From NCBI GenBank assembly GCA_021613535.1, contig CP075496.1:8990001-9054000 (forward strand): a stretch of 64,000 bases of DNA. The letters run 5' to 3'. This document shows, one piece after another, positions 59,372 to 64,000 of this stretch; position 1 is the first letter of the stretch, and the number at the start of each line of letters is the position of its first letter. The notes under the pieces were generated by a model. It was not told the origin of the DNA. It did not search any database and was given only the letters and a program-made list of their open reading frames with translations. The translations under genes were made by a program, and so were the position numbers. The DNA comes from Adineta vaga. Lineage: Eukaryota > Animalia > Rotifera.

Positions 59372-61316
59372 CCTTCCCACTTCACTCCTTTTTAACAAAG
59401 TGAACAAGAAAAATATTATGCATCTTTGTTTTTCCTGAAATAAAAATCTGTTATCATCTATTATTCACGCACTATTGCTAGATGATGTCGAACTTAAAAT
59501 ACAGAGTAATCAAAGAACGTTTTGATATCTCTGCAAACATAACATATAATTATAAATGACATTGGTATACTTTTTTTCGATTCCGATGAAATAATAATTA
59601 ATTTTGACAATTGTTTATTTGTATTAAACATTTACTTAAATTATTCGCGACTATTACATTTATAATGAGAAATATATCGGAATGTTGTTCTATTAAAAGA
59701 AGACCATAATCATTGACACTTGGTATATTTATATTTATCTTGACATTTTTCTTAAAATCATGATTGTTTTTATTCTTTGTTCACTAATTGACATTCAAAG
59801 TGGAAATTATAAAGCATAAATAATAAATAAATGAAAAGAGAAATGCTTAGGTTTTTAAATAGATATGATTTATTGATAAAAGTAATAAACTGTATGGTAT
59901 ACAATGACTTTCTTCTTTCGCAGTATTTCACAAAAGATAGACATCTTTCTCTATAACTAAGAACTTTGATTGTAATTCCTATTTTTCTTTAATTATTGAA
60001 ATGTAATATAATTTCTTCTATATGACATGATACATTAGTAATAGTTTCTTGTATACCGATTCTTCTTATTCATTATCTTGCAATTGATCTTGATTATGTT
60101 ATATTAGCGAATCAGTTGCGATTTGTAGATGATGAACATTTTTGGAAAACGCAGTCTTTGTCTAGCTATAGTGAATTATAAATGCTGTTCGGTCTGTTGA
60201 AATTCTTTGATAATCCTCTGTCACATACAATCTTTTAGTTTTATATAAGTCAATCTTCAATAGAAAATTACGTTCAAAAGAACTAATACCAAATAAATAT
60301 TATCTTCATATCTTATAAAACAAATGTCAGATGATAATTTACAGGACTATTTCAAGTCAAATCGAGAATTTCATCATAACATTCATATCCAATCTTCAGC
60401 GAGAAATTTCTTTTTAAAACAGTTGAAAACAATTTTCAAAAAATTCTAATAAGAGAAGGAAATCATCATTTAATAAAGGACGGAATATAGTTTTTTCCGC
60501 TTATCTATATAGTTACTACAGTTGGAGTTTGTACAATATCATCATGTGTTAGCACGGCAGTTGATGTCATTATTGATAAGAAAGATTTTTTATGCAATGA
60601 CAGTTGTAAACTTCTATCTCCTTTCTATTCTCTATAATAAAATCACAATGACATGCATGTTGAGTAGGGACCACATTTCTTTCGCAATCATGACATATAA
60701 AATAACGTTTAAGGTTAAAAATATATGTTTCAATGACATCTTTTTGAATACTTACACACGTTTCTAAAAAGCTGATGCACACACTCAATAGAACTATTCG
60801 TAGTTATCAATTAATATAAAAGCACAAGATTATAATCTATACATCGAATACGTTGACATATTTATAATGTGCAGAAATAGCACAGTGTGAATAAAGGTGA
60901 AATACAAATGCAAGAAATGATTTCGCCCACAATATATTGTATTAACATTTTATTATTTAATTTCAATCATTCTTGCTTGAGTATTCATTTTTTCGACTGA
61001 AATAACGAATATTGAAGTTTTTTTCGCTTCATGCACATAAATAAAACATTATAATGTATTAAGATAAGTAAATCTACCTTGATCAAAATACGTTGTCATA
61101 AGATATTATTCACTACTCAAAAAATATTGTCAACAAATATACATTTTCTGTAGAGAATAACATTCAATGAAAAGAAAATGTGTGCAATCAAAGCAAAAAA
61201 CATTTTATTTATTATTGACATAAAAGCGTATAGTCATAATCTGCATTTTAAACTTTTCAGTTTATCTTTGAAAAAATATCACCGAATATACATGTTTTTG
61301 AAGAATGAAATGAGAT

Positions 61317-63007
61317 CTATTTAAACATTCTATCTCGCATATGTTGACATCGATGTCGAATCAGTCGATAGAGCATTTCAGCAATTTCCATTAATGATAG
61401 AAAACTAATACCAATCCAAAGACCTGTTTGACCACCAACATTCGAAAGAACATCAACGGGACTCATTGAAGCTTGTTGTGTATAAACTTCGACTCGAGTT
61501 GATTCACATATAACATCAATTCCAACATAATTAGCTTGAATATCAGAAATCCATGTCTCGGACCAATTGGAAGTTAATGGAATCGAAGTTGATTCAACAA
61601 ACTCTTTAATATCATTTAAATACCATGAAGCTGGTGTTGCAATGGATGAGAGTTTAACAATAAATTCATTGGTAGTACATTCGAGACCACAATCAGCTGC
61701 ATACTTGCCAATGATAGAATCAGAACTTCGAAAGTTATCAGCTGCTTTGGAATAACAAGTATCGGATACATTGCACAGTTGTGCATGAATGACGTCCGTC
61801 GTACCAGGAAGAACAATATAACGTGCGGACCATTCGTACGGACTGACACACCCACATTCTTGATATCTATAAACAATTTGTAAAATATAAATTAAAAAAA
61901 GATTACTTATTGCGGTAATAATACATACGTAAAGGTTTGTATAGCAACTTTAAAACATAATTCTTGTGAGTAATCATACTGGATACCTTCATATTGATTA
62001 TACAAAGCTTTTAATCCAAGCGATGATTCATCATTGCATGTAGTATAGGGTGCTGGTAAAAGGTAATTTGTCTTCTTACTATAACCAAATTTGTATTTTC
62101 GCCCTGGAGCTAATTGAGTATTGGCTCGATCGATAAGCGGCATTTGTTGGTTATCATGCACCATTGCTACGATACTCACACCTACATATATATCTGATAG
62201 TTATTAAAAGTGAATCAAACAAATATATTTACCGTCAGTTAAATACGGAACATATTGATGACTATGTGTGTATAAACCTAATTCTAATGCACCGCTTTTA
62301 CCATTTTCATTATTATAGTGTAATTCACCATTGTTGATATATGTTGCTAGAGCATTAAAAGTATAACAATGACCATACAGAGGTAGTTTGAATTGAATAA
62401 AATCAGCAGCAGAACAATTCATACCATTATAAACACATTTCACTAGCATTGATTCAAGTGGAAAATAAAATTCGCTTAATGATTCATTACGATTGAGTTT
62501 CGTTTGTAAGAAATCAATTATATGCAATCCTTGATTTCTAGTAAATACTGTTGTATCTGTTGTATTTGTCCAATTGAGTGAATTTGTATAGTTAAGATAA
62601 GGTCCAATAAATTGATCATAACGTAATGGAGAATAATTACAAATAGTCACACCTGGAAATGGTTGTGGCCATTGACCAACGAATTCTACAGATGTTTGTG
62701 TTGGATATTGAAAATAAGCAATAATTGCTTGACTTATAAAATAACACATTATACCAGTAAAGATTAAAAACGAAGCTGTCCAAAAGAAACGATTGTGTAT
62801 ACTTTCGCTACGTGCAATACCTGGAATTCCATGCATAGATGTGTTCAAACTAAATTCTTTTATAATTGGACCAGGAGTACGATATTTTGCATCCGGTTTT
62901 AAAGCTTCAGGTTTTATTGGAAATACAGCTGCTATCTCATTGATTGCACTAGTCGTCGGTTTCAACTTATTTTGAGAAGATAATGTGCTTGTTGTAAATG
63001 GAAGCAT
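61317..63007 (-). CDS. DEG/ENaC (ASIC-like) sodium channel subunit, 3 exons
   Basis: TSMHGI (HG motif), TM1, FPGVTICN, YGHCYTFN, PAPYTTC, CGC, LSNVGGQTGLWIGIS (TM2). The last exon (~61866-61317) is open to a TAG but missing from the track. Confidence 0.92.
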
Positions 63008-64000
63008 TTTTTTTAAGAAACCTGTTATTGTATCAATTTATATATGTATATGTTCTAATTCACACTATGTTTGCCTTATATACACACGTATACAGAAAGC
63101 ATTATGTATTTTTTTATTTTCGTTCGATAAAATTGCTATGTAGGTGGTCTAAATATTGCTGCGAGCATGAAAAGCATTCATGACATGAGTCAATAGAATA
63201 ATAATCTCTAGTCATGTTCGTTTTTTTTAACATAATTATTGCCAGGTCTTACGGTCAAATACAAAGACTGCAACGAAAGTTTGTTATTGAAATACTTTAA
63301 CATTTGTTTAGTCAAAAGTACGGAAATTTTAATGTACGAATAATACACATTATTTCCTTTGATAATATGAAAAGAAGACTAATAGACAGGTTTTCTTTTC
63401 TTATAAAGTGTACCAAAAAGTAATATTATGTTATTAAATTACATAGAAATTTTGCCGATACGATTTTTATATAAAAAAATATGAATGTAGGCGAATGTCA
63501 TGAAATCATCATCATTATTTTCTTATGTCTGCTATGATTTTAATTCTGTTGGTGTTTATACATTGCACGGGATGGTTAATTTTAAGTAAATAAAAAAAAA
63601 CTTCTTCAAGGTCATAATGAAAAAGTACAAGTGCAGAGAATGAGACAAATTATTTATAAGAATATAGTTTAGAGTAGAATATTCTGTTTTCAATGTAATC
63701 ACTAAACTGCTATGACAGTTTGATCTAACATCATACCTAATTGAATTCCGATTGAACAGATCGTTGTCTTCAAATTTGTTCGAGCGTTTTAACCAAAATC
63801 TACATATCCATCGATCGTATCACTATATCGAGATTGATAAAAAAATCTATACAATTGATACAAAGTGTAGATGATCGAGTTCAAGAATGCTATTCAAATA
63901 ATAAGAATTAGGACATGTCAATACATGAGGAATATATTCATGGACTTCATACTGCAAATCAAATTTATTTTACGATGATGTACATCCATATTTTTTGTAG

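Noticed and set aside
1-64000. Many 60-120 aa ORFs with TTG/GTG starts or lying antisense to genes
   Set aside because: Expected by chance or as shadows in AT-rich eukaryotic DNA; no motifs.

Overview
Strongly AT-rich eukaryotic genomic DNA with short (mostly ~50-100 nt) GT-AG introns, so many ORFs in the supplied track are single exons; I re-spliced genes by hand. The gene content points to a bdelloid rotifer (inference, no search run): metazoan genes (GH31 alpha-glucosidase, phospholipase D, astacin, neuronal calcium sensor, DEG/ENaC, three related rhodopsin-like GPCRs, Ly6, TMEM272-like) mixed with mostly intronless bacterial- or fungal-looking genes (AAC(3) acetyltransferase, ChaC, GT61-like and other putative glycosyltransferases, CREST hydrolase, hevein+DPBB protein, vWA remnant) and ART-TPR type genes. 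The top candidate is a 4-exon gene at 32194-34678 that splices in frame into one ~747-aa protein joining an R-S-ExE mono-ADP-ribosyltransferase (writer) to a DraG/ARH ADP-ribosylglycohydrolase (eraser), with catalytic motifs of both retained. It lies in a ~26 kb stretch rich in defence-like genes: an ART-TPR, a HEPN-TPR-Sel1-MYND protein, a 6-Cys defensin-like prepropeptide, a 4x hevein-DPBB protein and a small protease-inhibitor-like protein. The window also holds a 636-bp hAT-type MITE and at least six disrupted genes. I found no rRNA, tRNA or CRISPR.
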